A stretch of 61,287 nt of DNA, filler included, from Dirinaria sp. TL-2023a (GCA_051941275.1; 17 parts of 17 records of this genome joined end to end with filler, not necessarily neighbours in it); one strand, 5' to 3'; counted from the first letter of the whole stretch, positions 23,100-36,253 are shown. Numbers and translations: made by a program. Notes: generated by a model not told the origin, from the letters alone.

Positions 23100-25020
23100 T
23101 TTGTCTGTGCCGCGTTGCTATCGCAGCAATGCGGCTAAAGATCGACTCGCTCGACGGGTGGGAGAATGCGACCTCGGGCTGAGTGGCACCCACAGTGGAT
23201 CTCTTGTTTCAGAGCGAGCCAGCGGCAAGACACGGAGCGGAGAGTAACCCAGTGCTTTTGCTCAAATGATGGTTGTATGGGGATTAGAAGTGGAGAACCG
23301 TTGTTGGTTCTATGGGAGAACATGGAATATTGGGATGCTCCTGCGACGGATGTCATACGCCAACCTGGACTAGATCAAAAGTTGAGCCGCAAGTCATCGT
23401 AACGCTGGGCAACAGCGAGCTTCATGCAGAGTCTAAATCCTTCAGTAGGTAGGTGTGATGCTGACGACGACGACGATAAGTCGGCACCCTCTCGATTGAA
23501 GTTCAAAAATCATGTAGAAGTGATCGATGAGCTTCGACTGACGGGCGCTAGTAGCGCTCGACCCCCAATTGGCACGATAGCATGATGGAATTGATTCAAG
23601 GAAGGGAACTACCTTAGGTCCCTCGGGTGCAGTATGGTCTTGTTCTCATGATCCATTCACCCCTCTCTGGACTAGTCCGAGGGTCCCTCCCAATCATCTG
23701 CAGATGATCCAATTATTTGTTGATCTACCGAGCGGGGCTGCGGGCGGGAATTCGCGAGCCAGTCTATTAGCCGCCGCTACAACTGGACTCGCCTTGCAAG
23801 GTGTCAGTAGGAGAGTGGCACGGCGAGGCTAATCCAAATTTAGTCAAGTAAGACCATGAATGATTTGCTTTAGCCGAATTACATTTCATAAACGGTCAGA
23901 GTAATAACATCACCACTGCAATCGTCCGATCCCTGGGTACAACCCAATGAGGTAGGCGGGTGGTGATGGAAACCCACCAGCCGAGCCAACCAGCTGGCTC
24001 TCTAAGGTAGGGTCAAGATTTGAACCCTCCTAATCCACAGACAAAGTTGATATACACCAAACGGGACTGTTGAAACCCCAGAACGAGATTCCCGAAGTCA
24101 ATCCAGTTCGTTAATGGAAGTATATATCCACGATGATTCTGTACATACTCATACTTCCAGTTTTCCATCAACATCACTCCTTTCGAGAGGGTAGATAGAT
24201 GCCTTCTTGCTTTATGACTTAAATAGCACAATCTCAAGGCTGTGAGTACCCTAGACACGACGAAGTCAGATATGACCACTCCGAAGGGCAACGGAAAATG
24301 ACTGAGAAGAATGCATCCTTGTGGCGCTCTCCTCTCCACCCGCTGTAGGTGCTCGATTCCCATTATTATACCTCAACCTTTCATAATAGCCCATCCCCTT
24401 GCCAAAGACTTCTTATTGCGCTGCATGTGACTTAATAGGCAACTGTGTATACATATATATTGCACTTTTGCACCTCCATTAGCAAATCCCATTCGTTCAC
24501 TGTCATCCATAGATGTTGTGTTCAACAACAGAGGTTCAATTCGGTTACAGAAAATAAGTCCTCGAACGTGATATGATATTGATATAGATGCCATTTATAT
24601 CTTTTCTTTAGATATACTAGGATAGTATCTTAAGATAAGACGATAAATTTGTGTCTTACCTTACCTCACCTTACCTCACCTTAAAATGCACAAAACCCCC
24701 ACCTGATCCCATACTCTTCTTCCCTGCACCATTTTTTTATCTTTCATGTTTTTTTTCTACATGGATCTGTTAACCGGTTCGTTACATGTCATGCGCTAGA
24801 ATTTTTTTGTTTTCAGAAGCAAATGAGAGCAAAAAAAAAAAAAGCGAGATCGATATATAAACTTCGCATCCCCCTGAGATTCCTCCTGAGTCATTCAGCA
24901 CATCAGCAACGACAACGTGAGCGCCCCCACCTCTCCCAACATCACAGTTCCAGAGGAATCGGTCATGGTCTTTTAGTACATCCTCAACCTGGTTATGAGG
25001 CCAATCCCGTTCAGATATTT

Positions 25021-25248
25021 TTACTCCCGAGTCGGCGATGGTGCCTCGGCGCGTTTTTCAGCTCCTTCGCCATGCTGCAGTGCATGGCGCACTACATGGC
25101 GACCGGCAGGATGGCGTGATGAAAGCGAGCGTTTGGAGTGTTGGCGGACATTGCGGGGGCAGTCATGGCCCACGACGCAGAAGTATTCGTTCACAGGGCA
25201 GCCTTGGATGGTGCCGGCTGTGTCGCTAGGATATGCCATTGCAGCGCC
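25021..25248 (-). CDS. Probable last exon of a truncated gene (Cys-containing, possibly secreted)
   Basis: Preceded by CTAAC...TTCAG acceptor; reads GAAMAYPSDTAGTIQGCPVNEYFCVVGHDCP...*. Upstream exons lie beyond the contig end. Confidence 0.4.
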   Translation of the reverse strand, partial: GAAMAYPSDTAGTIQGCPVNEYFCVVGHDCPRNVRQHSKRSLSSRHPAGRHVVRHALQHGEGAEKRAEAPSPTRE

Positions 25249-26846
25249 CTGAAGCAGAGGTTAGACTTCGAGCAGCTATGTAATTTGTTGGTCGGTAGTG
25301 CGTGGTTCAGATTTGGGGNNNNNNNNNNNNNNNNNNNNNNNNNNNNNNNNNNNNNNNNNNNNTTAATTAATTAANNNNNNNNNNNNNNNNNNNNNNNNNN
25401 NNNNNNNNNNNNNNNNNNAGATTATTAGGATTTGGGTTGTGGAGTGATGGGGGAAGCGTTGCTGTGTGGGTTAGGAGTGTGTGCAGGGCGATGAGGAGGA
25501 GCCATTTGAGGTGATACATCTCGGTTCAATTGTGTGAGGGAGAGATTTTTGGTCGGAGAGAGCATTTCCTTGCTCCTTTGTCTTTTTTTTTCTTCCCAAA
25601 TTTTGATGCTGTGCTTACTTTATTATTATCCTTCTTCTTCGAATGCGCAAACCATGCTAGCTGTGCCCGCTGTCATGTTTTCTGGGGCGGGTCGCTTGTC
25701 GGCCGTTTCGGGATGGGTTAAGTGTCCGATTGTTTGGCAGCTGCTTGAGCCGCAAGCTAAAGCAGGTCCATGTATGCTATTCTGTGAGTTGAGCGGTTGC
25801 AATAATTTCGTGATGGGGAAGATGGTTTGAACGTTTTTGTGTCGCTGGGAAAAGGCTATTAATCCGCCGCGCAGTATGTATAAGCGAGTTGATTATTTCG
25901 CTTGACCAAATTCGCATCGCGCCTCAATCGAGATTGTTGAAGCATGGCGTGAAACGTACTTATCAATGAAAGTGGATTAGACGGGTTGGGATTGGGCGGT
26001 CTTGCCTGAAGGCTAGTGCTGACAATCTCTCCTATATAAATACCAGCAATATTCCATCGGAAGCGAGGAAAAGTTGCTTACTGCTCCAAGCTGCGATTTC
26101 GAATGCAGATCCTGCAGGCCAAAGAAGAAGAATCATACGAATACAAGCCGAAAACACCAGAAGTGCCGTACAATCAACGGGATGGGTCGATGCGTGTGGT
26201 GGCCAAATTGGATCTGACCCTTAAAATGCTCTGGCAAGAATGGGTTATGGTTTTCTTGCTCTGGCATGTTATCGAAATTGATACATGTGTGCGCTCGCTT
26301 CAACGACTTTACTGTGGTCGATTTGAACTCGAAGATTCTATTGAATTGATAGTCGTTTCTGCGTTGATGAGTTGTATCGTCGGTATTTGGTTAGTAAGCA
26401 CTTGTTATGAAGTAGTCACATGATTGGTATCTGCACTTTGATGCGTGGGATACACCTGGAGTCGAATTTCCGTGGAAGCAATCAACATGGAGACGGAAGA
26501 AGAATACGGGAAATCATATGTACTGTTTTAATACATACTCTTTTTGGTAGAGGGATAAGACAAGAAAGTTGCGTCGGCAGCAAAGGCAAGGACCAAGAGT
26601 GGATATGTTCAAGAAGGAGACTTCTCCATCTCACTTGAGGAAAAGCAAGGGTACTGATTTTGACACCACGATACTATGCTTTCAATTGACATAATTCCAT
26701 GTTTGCTACTGATCATAAAATCATGAGCCGATTATCCTCTGTACGGTTACTTACAGCCTACGATTTCCCCAACTCCAGAGATGCCGCTAATTCATCAATA
26801 TCGGTTCTTCTGACCGCCAGCCAGCTCACTCGCGCTTATCGACAAT

Positions 26847-27833
26847 TCAGACATGCTCATGCCGGAACGGTTCATAGGATGTCTGCCTAGCGCCTACGTT
26901 ACCCATCATGACACCGTTCTGCTGGCCATACGAAGCCTCATGGCCATATGGCTGTGGCTGTTGGTATCCCGGCATCGGGGTGGGCATAGGCTGATAGCTC
27001 CCACCGCCCTTGCGGTCATTGTAACCTTTGATTCTGTCGCTACGCCCAGAGCAGCAGCAGCTTGAGAACAGCCAGAAGATCCCTGCGGCCCAGGAGAACG
27101 CGACTGCCAACCAAGTCCATACGTAGATGTCTCTGCCCAGCTTGCCGTGGATATTGTATTGCTTGAGTGCATGATTGAATGACCCCGTGAGGGTAGCGTA
27201 CAGGATCGTCGCGGTAAGCGCGAAGGCGATGGTGAAGATGCTGCTAACGGTGCTGACTATTGTGGTGGCGAGCGATCCAAGGCGGCTGAACAAGGCAGAA
27301 ATGCCGACCAGGATCTCTGCCGCGGTGCTAATGACAGCCACGATGTAAGCGATGTACATCCATTTCGCCGTGGTTTTGTAAGCTTTGAGCCCGTCCTTGA
27401 GTTCCGTGCTGAAGTACTGGTCCGTAACGCTGTTGTTCAGGTGCCAGACATCCACAGGGTTGAACCAGAATTGCTTCTCGCGCGGGCTGCAGTACGTGAC
27501 GTTCTCTGTGGTGCCACCGGAAGAGTTCTTGCCATAGCTACCGGCGCAATAATTCCACAGACTGACGTGGTAGAAGTCGTAAATTCCGAGTTCCTTGCTG
27601 GCTATGGTACCAGCATCTTTCAAGAGTGCATCGGTGAGCGCATTCTTCGGAAGGTTGAGGATGGAGCTGTTGGCGTGAATGTCGGAGGTGTTGGCGCGGA
27701 AGAAGTAAAGGCTGTTGGAAACGTGAGAAGATTTGTTCGTGCCACCGGTGCCGACTATGATGAGGGAGACGAGGGAGACGATGGTCAAGGCCATCGGGGT
27801 GAAGATACAAGCGAAACGACCGAGTTTGCCCAT
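26847..27833 (-). CDS. SUR7/PalI family tetraspan membrane protein, 328 aa
   Basis: N-terminal TM helix, extracellular loop with LGIYDFYHVSLWNYCAG...YCS, three further TM helices and a CCC palmitoylation-type cluster. Single exon. Confidence 0.9.
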   Translation of the reverse strand: MGKLGRFACIFTPMALTIVSLVSLIIVGTGGTNKSSHVSNSLYFFRANTSDIHANSSILNLPKNALTDALLKDAGTIASKELGIYDFYHVSLWNYCAGSYGKNSSGGTTENVTYCSPREKQFWFNPVDVWHLNNSVTDQYFSTELKDGLKAYKTTAKWMYIAYIVAVISTAAEILVGISALFSRLGSLATTIVSTVSSIFTIAFALTATILYATLTGSFNHALKQYNIHGKLGRDIYVWTWLAVAFSWAAGIFWLFSSCCCSGRSDRIKGYNDRKGGGSYQPMPTPMPGYQQPQPYGHEASYGQQNGVMMGNVGARQTSYEPFRHEHV

Positions 27834-30043
27834 GCTGGCGGTGTTGTTTCGATGATTGTGTTAGGATTTGATTCTTGTTGATCAGGTTGTTGATCACCCA
27901 GGCCTGGATAAAGCGAACGTGGGTAGTAAAAGACAGAAGATAGCCGAAACTAAAGTGAGGCGTAGATTTGAGGACAGATGGAGGTTGGGAAGTGGCAGGA
28001 TGATGAAGGAAGTTATTATGTATGGACTGGCTTGTAGCCTGACAATCCGACCCCCTGTTCCACGCGGCCACGCAAACTTGGAGGCGGAGGAGGCGAGGGA
28101 GGCTGTGTTTGGGCTGCACCATCGCATCACTCATTCACTCCACCAATCATCACCCATGGGCGGCTGAACTTCGGGTCTTGCCCACATCTATTTCCAAGAC
28201 TGAACTCGAATGATTTCTTGGCTTTACTATCATTATTATTTGCCAAGTGAAGCTTCTTCGTGGCAGGGGAGATGCTAAATCGAGCCTCCACTGAGCAACG
28301 CTAAGAAAATCTCTCCGCACATATCTAATCGAAAATCTCATCCGTCTCGGATTCAGGCAGACGCGATACTGACTTTCGCCCATCCAAGCCATGCACAACC
28401 GGGAATCAGTGCCAAGGCTGATACTAAATATAGAGGTATAGATCCTGCGCCTTTTGATCACGAAAGCATCTGAGGTCATGGAGGGAATACCTGAAGAAAT
28501 ACCTAACCCTAGGTATCATCAACCTTGCTGTAGGCGTTGAACCTACCTTACCTTACTCACTGCCCATGTTGGCCAGTCGTCAACCATCACGTGTCTCAAA
28601 TACGCCGAGTGGCACACGTAATGTACCCCGAATTCTACCGTACTCCGATAGTCCTTATAGGTGACCAGTCTCTATACCTGTTCATTGAACTTCGCCACAT
28701 ACTTTTGAGCCGCGTATCTCCAACTTGCTCCATCTCAATTTCGCTTTCCTTCTACGCTGCTTGTCAGACGGGCGATCCCCCGATCGCAAGTCCTCTCGTA
28801 AATCCAATGTTCCAATCCCAAACCCCGCTTTTGCTATGAGAACCTTGTGAACGAGATTCCCGTCTTGCTCCCTGCTCCGTTCCCAATCAGAGGCCCCAGA
28901 ACATCCCCAACACCGCCCCCAAAACCATTCCCGTGACNNNNNNNNNNNNNNNNNNNNNNNNNNNNNNNNNNNNNNNNNNNNTTAATTAATTAANNNNNNN
29001 NNNNNNNNNNNNNNNNNNNNNNNNNNNNNNNNNNNNNCGCCGAGGATATCCTTAAGATGGTGGGCATCTTTTGATTATCGAGATGCTACCCCAATATTGT
29101 ACGTGCGCTTTCCCATTTTTTTAGCGAAGTCATCCGGGGCCAAGCGTGGGCTAGCGCGTGATTCGAGCCCCCATGAAATTGGAATCCCGGGTTCCAAGCT
29201 GTGCGATTTGAGTAAAGTCATTTCTGTAATAATAAAATACTCGAAAAACAAATATGAAAGGCAGCAGGGATTTAGACGACACGCATGCCTAAGGTACCAC
29301 TAATAATGAATAATATGTCTAGAATGGTACACATGGCAATCCACTGTCATGCTAGCATGATCAACATGATCGGCACATGAAGGTATTATCGCCTGTCAGA
29401 GTTGCAGGATCACCAGACTGGTGCAGGTAGCGTGGCTTCATGCCTCATGGGCGATAGCCGAAAAGGGACCCAAGTACAATTGACTAAAAATTTGATCGAG
29501 CCGCAGATAATGTAAGTATCGTACGATTTATACGTAGTAAATAGAAACTAGAAAGCCTCTCGTGCGCCTAAGGTAGCGAATATTGTGCTGAACCTGTGAT
29601 GCAGTTCTGATGAGATGCCCAACAGGGTATTTCCTTTGGCAAATTGCGCCACAAGAGTTCACGAGCCACTCTCAGTACGAAAAGGGTTCTGACTTACATA
29701 TGCTCACTTATTGTTGATATCAAGGTAAGTACCTAAGGCAAGGTATCGATGCACTCATGGTAACTCTTCGATCTACCTAGGGTTGCGTAGATGCGAACCT
29801 ACCCCTACCTCACCTTACCTTACAGTACCTTACCTTAACATAAGGTACCTTACGTAAGCCAACCTTGAAGGTACCTCGGTACCTGCAACATGTAAAGAAC
29901 ATGTAGGTAAGGTAGCTTGAGGCGCCTCTAAAACCTCTATACGCTCACTATCCCAAGGCACCACGAGTAATATCTACTGGCTTTTGCCTTTTTTACCTCG
30001 TTGCTGTGCAAACATAGACTCTGTTTCCTTCCCGGGGTTTGAC

Positions 30044-30826
30044 ATGTCTCCCTCGCCAGGACTGAGGCTGCCAACCGCGGCATCCCACTCGTTTATCGAC
30101 TCGCAGGTAGACGACCATTCTCACGATGAAAAGCCACCATCTCCAATAGCCCCTCCGTACTCTCCCATCACGCCCGTCATGAGTACTGCCGATCTCGCAT
30201 CGACGGACGAAGCATATTCATACTATCCGCCGGCAGAAGCCCCCAAACCGCCTCCGCCCGTCCCTTTCTCCGAAAGTGACAACCCTGATGCTATGGCGCT
30301 TCAATCTGCCATCTCGATCCTCCAAATTCAGAGGCAACAGAGCTTGCAAGATATGAAGACCTTGCAGGAGCAGAAGTTAATCGCTACAGCCGACCCGGAA
30401 GGTTTTGCCAGAGCTGTCGCTGCAGGCGAGCTGAAAACCACGCGCAGCGGAGGGGTTATTGATGGCCTGACTCTAGATCTACAAGAAGAAGAGCTCGCAA
30501 ACGGAGATAGCGACGGAACTGCAAACCTGGATGAGGACGATAGCAATGCGCAGTCACATGAGCGTTCCAAATTTGGTGCTATGCCCGGCCTCCAGAAGGT
30601 TGTGCGTTGTCCGCCGATCAATTGGGCTAAATACCACGTGGTTGGAGAGCCTCTGGATAGAATGCATGAAGAGCAGCGGAAGAGACCCACGCTGGGAGAA
30701 CCGCATGTGGACGAGGAGCCTGCAAGAGCAGTCGAACACGTTATCGCTGCACCTTACAATCCGTGGACGGATAAATTGCCAGAGACTTCCATGCGTACTA
30801 GGAGTGTGACAAAGAAAGAAAGCTAA
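30044..30826 (+). CDS. Fungal protein resembling the ZZZ3 N-terminal / yeast Ahc2 helical domain, about 260 aa
   Basis: First ATG at 30044. NPDAMALQSAISILQIQRQQSLQDMKTLQEQK...DPEGF...QKVVRCPPINWAKY pattern, recognised from memory of ZZZ3-family proteins and not searched. Confidence 0.8.
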   Translation: MSPSPGLRLPTAASHSFIDSQVDDHSHDEKPPSPIAPPYSPITPVMSTADLASTDEAYSYYPPAEAPKPPPPVPFSESDNPDAMALQSAISILQIQRQQSLQDMKTLQEQKLIATADPEGFARAVAAGELKTTRSGGVIDGLTLDLQEEELANGDSDGTANLDEDDSNAQSHERSKFGAMPGLQKVVRCPPINWAKYHVVGEPLDRMHEEQRKRPTLGEPHVDEEPARAVEHVIAAPYNPWTDKLPETSMRTRSVTKKES

Positions 30827-32242
30827 CGGCTACTCTTTGGCCTCACCGAGGCGCATATTCGAACTTATATCCACCATTCTCCACTGGTGTGTGTTGAGTT
30901 GAATACTAGACTTTACCAACCGACAACCATCTCCACTCTATCGACATGATGTCAAGATCAGACAAGCTATACGTTGAAAAGATCACCAATGAGGGATCGA
31001 AATTTCACCTTACCCTACAGGAAATAGTAACATAGCAGTCTAGCTTTCCTCTGGCCACCATAACCTATTATCCGAGACTTAAGAGGCCGCTCGAGATAAG
31101 GTAAGCCTAAGAGAAAAACAGTTAGCTCTCAGGAGGAGCGCTTGCATATCGTACCCTCAAACATAATCTAGGCTCCTCGACGGTCATCAAATTGCTGTCT
31201 AGCTGATTTTTTCTGGCGCAATTCCACGTCTACTTTGCCGAGCCCATGGAGGCGAAGCAGCTTAATCGAAACTCGGCGGCTCCGATGAGCATTTGATACT
31301 CATGAATTGCTGCTGCAATAGCTTTACTGCTATCAGCTAATTTTATTGAGCCTGAAAACCACTCATTCTCCTCGTATAGTGGATGTACGCACACCGACCC
31401 AGCAGATCTCTCGATATTCTTTATCCTGCCACAGCGGGCTTTATCCCATAATTCTGGCTTGAAAACCAGTCAATAACATCAGTACATAGAAAGTCAGCAT
31501 GGAGTATTTGCTGGCATGCCCAGCGAAGATATTCGGCAACAGTGGTTCAAGAATAGGTTAATATTTGAAATGTAACTCGTACGAAGCTGGCCGTGTCTCC
31601 TGTGCCTTTGCATAAATGTTCTTCCTGAATACTTCTCAACAAAGTGTTTTTAAAACGATTATAGAATAAGACTCGAGACCATGAGACACTTCGCGGATTC
31701 GACTTCACTTTTGTTGATACCAAGCGCAAGTAAGGTAGGTAGCCATCGATACATAGTGGCAGTGTTTAACTTCATGAGTCATCGGTACCTAAGATAATGT
31801 AAGACAGCACGCCTGATCCGCTCCTGTGCTGGCCGTACGCAGCACCGCCACTGTCCCGTACATCACAGCCTTGGCTAGTCCCGATATTATGAGGATAACT
31901 AGCATTCTAGGGACAACTTCTTACGAATGGCCAGCTGCTGATAGGCTAGAATCTGTCAGCCCGCGACCGGTGTCAGCACCCTCAATCGAGCCAGCCGCGC
32001 CTGGGATACACTTATAGTCAAGGCTGCCCATGGCATCAGCACCTTGGGCCTTATATACTGCTCTCTCTTCCGTTCTCTAGAGAACCTTCTCTACGCCTAA
32101 CATTCCTATTAATTTCAACGCAGTCCTCTTCACTGAGCGCTACTGCATAAACCCAATCAACCCCTCCAATCTCACTACCAACGAATCCAAACCTTCTCTC
32201 CCCCAGTACCAAAACACCCCTTCCCCTAACCAACAAAAAAAA

Positions 32243-32549
32243 ATGTCCCACTCCTTCGACCTGCGCGCCCCCTCCACACCGCAAACCCGCTTCCGCGCCC
32301 GCGCACACAAATACGACGGTTTCCGCGCCGTTAAGCCCGGCCAACTGGGTCGACCGCACTACGACGTCCGTCCTCCTTCCAAAAGTAGTCCTTTTTCGTA
32401 CGATGCTCCTATATCGACTGATACTCCGATCGAAATCTGGAACAAGAAAAGGCTGTTCATCGAGGCCCAGCAGTGGCCCCGCCCGCCTACGTACCATCAT
32501 GCCCATCAAGATAAAAAGAATAAGAGGGGCGCGAAAATGGCGTATGAGA
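32243..32549 (+). CDS. 5' part of a hypothetical protein, truncated by contig end
   Basis: ATG in A-rich context after a C/T-rich leader; open for 102 codons to the contig end; no recognisable domain. Confidence 0.45.
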
Positions 32550-34085
32550 NNNNNNNNNNNNNNNNNNNNNNNNNNNNNNNNNNNNNNNNNNNNTTAATTA
32601 ATTAANNNNNNNNNNNNNNNNNNNNNNNNNNNNNNNNNNNNNNNNNNNNACATCAGCTGCACTGTCGCTGAATACATAGCTGCAAGCCATGGATTCGCTG
32701 TTGCAGAGCTAACCCCCAAACAAGTGGTCTTGGGGAGCGCGTCGCATCTCATTCGTCATGGGCACGCTCTGGCGCCCGGATTAACCGTAGATAAGGTTCT
32801 GGAACATTGGTGCCATTGCGAGCCTCAAATGGTGGTGATAGGGATTAGGGACCCGAACGCTCCTCGTCGACGTGTGAAGCCTGCGGGCAAGAACTCAATT
32901 GACAGGATCAGACTGGGGTACCTTGCATTGTTAAAGTTGTCAGCTCCACATGTCCACTGATCATCTGTGACTCCGTCCGAGAGCAGATGTATCTACCCAT
33001 TGCCGCCTGGGCTGACTGGCTGATCGTGGGTAGGACCCGCGAGGGCCGCGACTTGCCACATCAATGATTGGCGAGTATTGACGCATCTTTCACATGCCAC
33101 ACCGTTACCTTCGACCTTCTCTTCATGCACGTACACGAAGTGGTGCAGGGAGTCGAGCATTCCGATGCAGTGTCACGGCTGATCTCGCAGCGTCAACGTT
33201 GTACGGTAGCGGAATTTCACGATATGTAACCGTAACTACTGTAGAAATTAGATCTTCATGATCATTGCGAAGGTGGAATAATTACGCGTGAAGTTTTTTG
33301 CCAACTCTGCTTGCTTTTTCCCAAGACACGAAACCCAAAATCCCAAATCCTCCTGCTGCATGCATGAATGCCGCCGGCCTGGATCGCCTAGGTGGCTGCT
33401 GTCTGCCGACTGCTGATCCTTTTTCGTGTTAGACGGGCCAGAGAGACCGAGTACACTTTCTTTCTAGTGTCCAACCAGCAGGCGTTTGGCCAAGCTAGAG
33501 GGTGCATACTTTGGCACCATCCCCTCGGCTATCTACGAGATCTCAACCCTTGAGATCTTTATAAGGATTTATACCCCAAACCTCATAGCTATCAGGTTTC
33601 TCTTCTGCTTCCAGAGCAATTTTCATTCTCCCATCCCAAGTACTTCCTTCACAGTACGATCCTCCAAGTACCTTGTTATTCGTGGCCTATGACTGTCGTT
33701 CTACGATTCGGAGCAGCATGCGGCAATCCGTATCTGCTCGGTGATGATTGATATTAATCTGCTCCCATTCTCGGAGTCGTTCGCCATTGTCAGTCGATCT
33801 TGTGTGCCTCAAGAACATTCAAAAAGTGATTGGTACACGAGTGTGCTCTGGTTGGTATAGCGCGCAGAGTGGTCCCAAAGGAGGACATGGACCCAATCAT
33901 ATTTGCTCTTTCTCGACCGCGTTTCTCGAATGATCGAGGTGCATAAATCGCAATAATAATTTATCTCGCGTCTCCACCACAGCCGTGGAAAACACGTGGT
34001 AGTCAATGGGAAATTCAAGCATTCGAGGACTTCGCTGCTTGATGGCCAAAGGGCCTCCTACGCAATCCTCCGTGTTATTACCTTA

Positions 34086-34867
34086 TCACCGCATCACGGG
34101 CGGCCTCCCCTCGGAATTCCAACTCACTCTACTCTTGATCCATTCCACCGCTTCCCTCACTCCGGTTCCTTTCAGTGCACTGATGGGCAGGACCCTACTG
34201 TCTCTAACCCCTCCACCCTTCTTGCCCTCGAACACTCTCCTAACCAGGCCTTCTTTGATTTTGACAGTCTCAACGCAATCCTCACGGTCCTGCTTGTTCG
34301 CAAGCACTAATATAGGCACACCCTGGGTAGCTTCTGAAGAGATCACCGACTCGAGTACCAGCCTACATTCTTGAAGCCGTCCTACATGCTGACCCCCTCC
34401 TTGATCCTCACTTTCCCCATCTCTTTCATCGGTAGCATCAGCTCTAGGATCTCCACCATCAAGCCGATCGTTCTGCAGATCGTCAAGTTCGCTGTCTCCC
34501 AAATCGCTGCTATCCACAACAAAGACCACGGCGTGGCAACTCTCGTAGTAGCTTTGCCATAATCGCCTTAGACTGTGTTGTCCACCGACATCCCAGATCT
34601 TTAGATACACATCTCCGAGATCGATGGTGGCTACATTCTGCCCGACTGTAGGCACGGTCTTCTGCGCGGTAGGCGGAGCCGATGGGTTATAGAGGGATTT
34701 GATACTAGAGAGGAGTGTGGTTTTGCCGGCATTATCGAGGCCTAGGAGAAGTATCGAGAATTCTGCATGATTGTTAGGCCACTTGTCATTGGCTCTGACC
34801 CCCTGCAACGGAAATTACCTTCTTTGCTGGTTGCGTAGGTGTAAATGGCCTTGGCTAGGTGGTACAT
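34086..34867 (-). CDS. ARL3: Arf-like small GTPase Arl3/ARFRP1, 241 aa; exons 34867-34819, 34762-34086
   Basis: MYHLAKAIYTYATSKE|EFSILLLGLDNAGKTT, PTVGQN, WDVGGQ, NKQD and SAL motifs. No Gly2, as expected for acetylated Arl3. 56-nt GTAATT...CTAAC...CAG intron. Confidence 0.95.
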
Positions 34868-35056
34868 TGTGAAGCGGAGGATTAGGGGAGAGCCTGCCTG
34901 CGCAAGGGCAGCTGATAAGATGCTGCAGAGACTGGCATACTTTGGAGTAGAAGAGTCCGAAGACTTCTTCAAATCGCCATGAAGCGGTCATCGCTTGGTC
35001 AAGCCGCAGGGCTGTGAATCTGGTGCCAAGCTCTCCTGTCCGAAGGTCATCTGTGA

Positions 35057-35068
35057 TTAGGGTTAGGG
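35057..35068. promoter_or_regulatory. Interstitial (TTAGGG)2 telo-box about 190 bp upstream of ARL3
   Basis: TTAGGGTTAGGG in the promoter region; function is inferred only. Confidence 0.3.
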
Positions 35069-36253
35069 TTTGTGTCATTGCTGCCCCTTATTGCTCAAGC
35101 CGAATTTTTTTCGACTGGACATAGGAAGGTACCTACAACATGTTTGCCTGTGAAGACTTTTTGAACTCCAGTTTAATGCTAATATCCTCGAACGCTTCGA
35201 ACCAAAGATTTGATATCGTATTAAGCTCTCCTGTGCTTGCTATGAAAGATCTGGACACAGGTTCTCCTTTTTCAAGGGTAAAACCTGAATGGGTAAAGAG
35301 TAACAAATCTTACTCCTGTATCTCTCAGGGCCTCCTTCAATAGATTGATGTGTTTATAAATTCCTTATAAACTCGAGAATGACCTCCAATATGGCCACAA
35401 CGAAGTCACCCGCAAAATGGACTTATCTCCGAACTAAACCACAACACCTGTCATAGAGCCCGGTGATCAAACATCTACAAAGATATAGCAACGTGAGGGG
35501 TATCATTGCTGCACAACTATTCAGAACCTTAACAGCATATTCCTTTTTCTTTTTTCGAGTGATGATTTAACGAGTTGGATCTCTAATGAATTCAATTTGA
35601 TTAATTAGCGCCATAGGTACCCCACCAGAAGTCATATTTGCGGACATAGCTGTCATTATGAGTTCCTACTACAAGTACTTTTATCGCCACAGGCTGTTCT
35701 CTTCCTTAAGACCGTCCCTCTTTGATCTAGTATCGCCTCGGTGCATATTCTGATTCAGAGCGCGCTACCTACGCCTGAAAGGGAGCCTGTGGTAAAGTTG
35801 CTCAGCCATTCAGTCCCTGCTTTCGAACCACTGTCCCGTCTTCGAGTACAAAGACAGCATGTGAATTGAGGAAACGAAATTCAAAGGTTGATCATGAGCA
35901 CAAAGCTAGAAATATCGCTCTAGCCCGTTTACATTGCTAATCTCTCCGAATGGTAGGAGGTTCGAAGAAAAGGATGTAGCAAATTGCGCTATCGAAACCC
36001 TTCTAGAAAGCAGGGACCGGTTGCCGTTCCTATATCGATAAGTGTGAAAAACCAGGCGCCAATGACAGCGCACATTTAGCATCCTCCTCCTCCTCCGCCG
36101 GAGAAACTTGCAGCAGCGCTTGAAGTAGCAGCTGCAGCTGCAGCTGCTACTTNNNNNNNNNNNNNNNNNNNNNNNNNNNNNNNNNNNNNNNNNNNNTTAA
36201 TTAATTAANNNNNNNNNNNNNNNNNNNNNNNNNNNNNNNNNNNNNNNNNNNNC

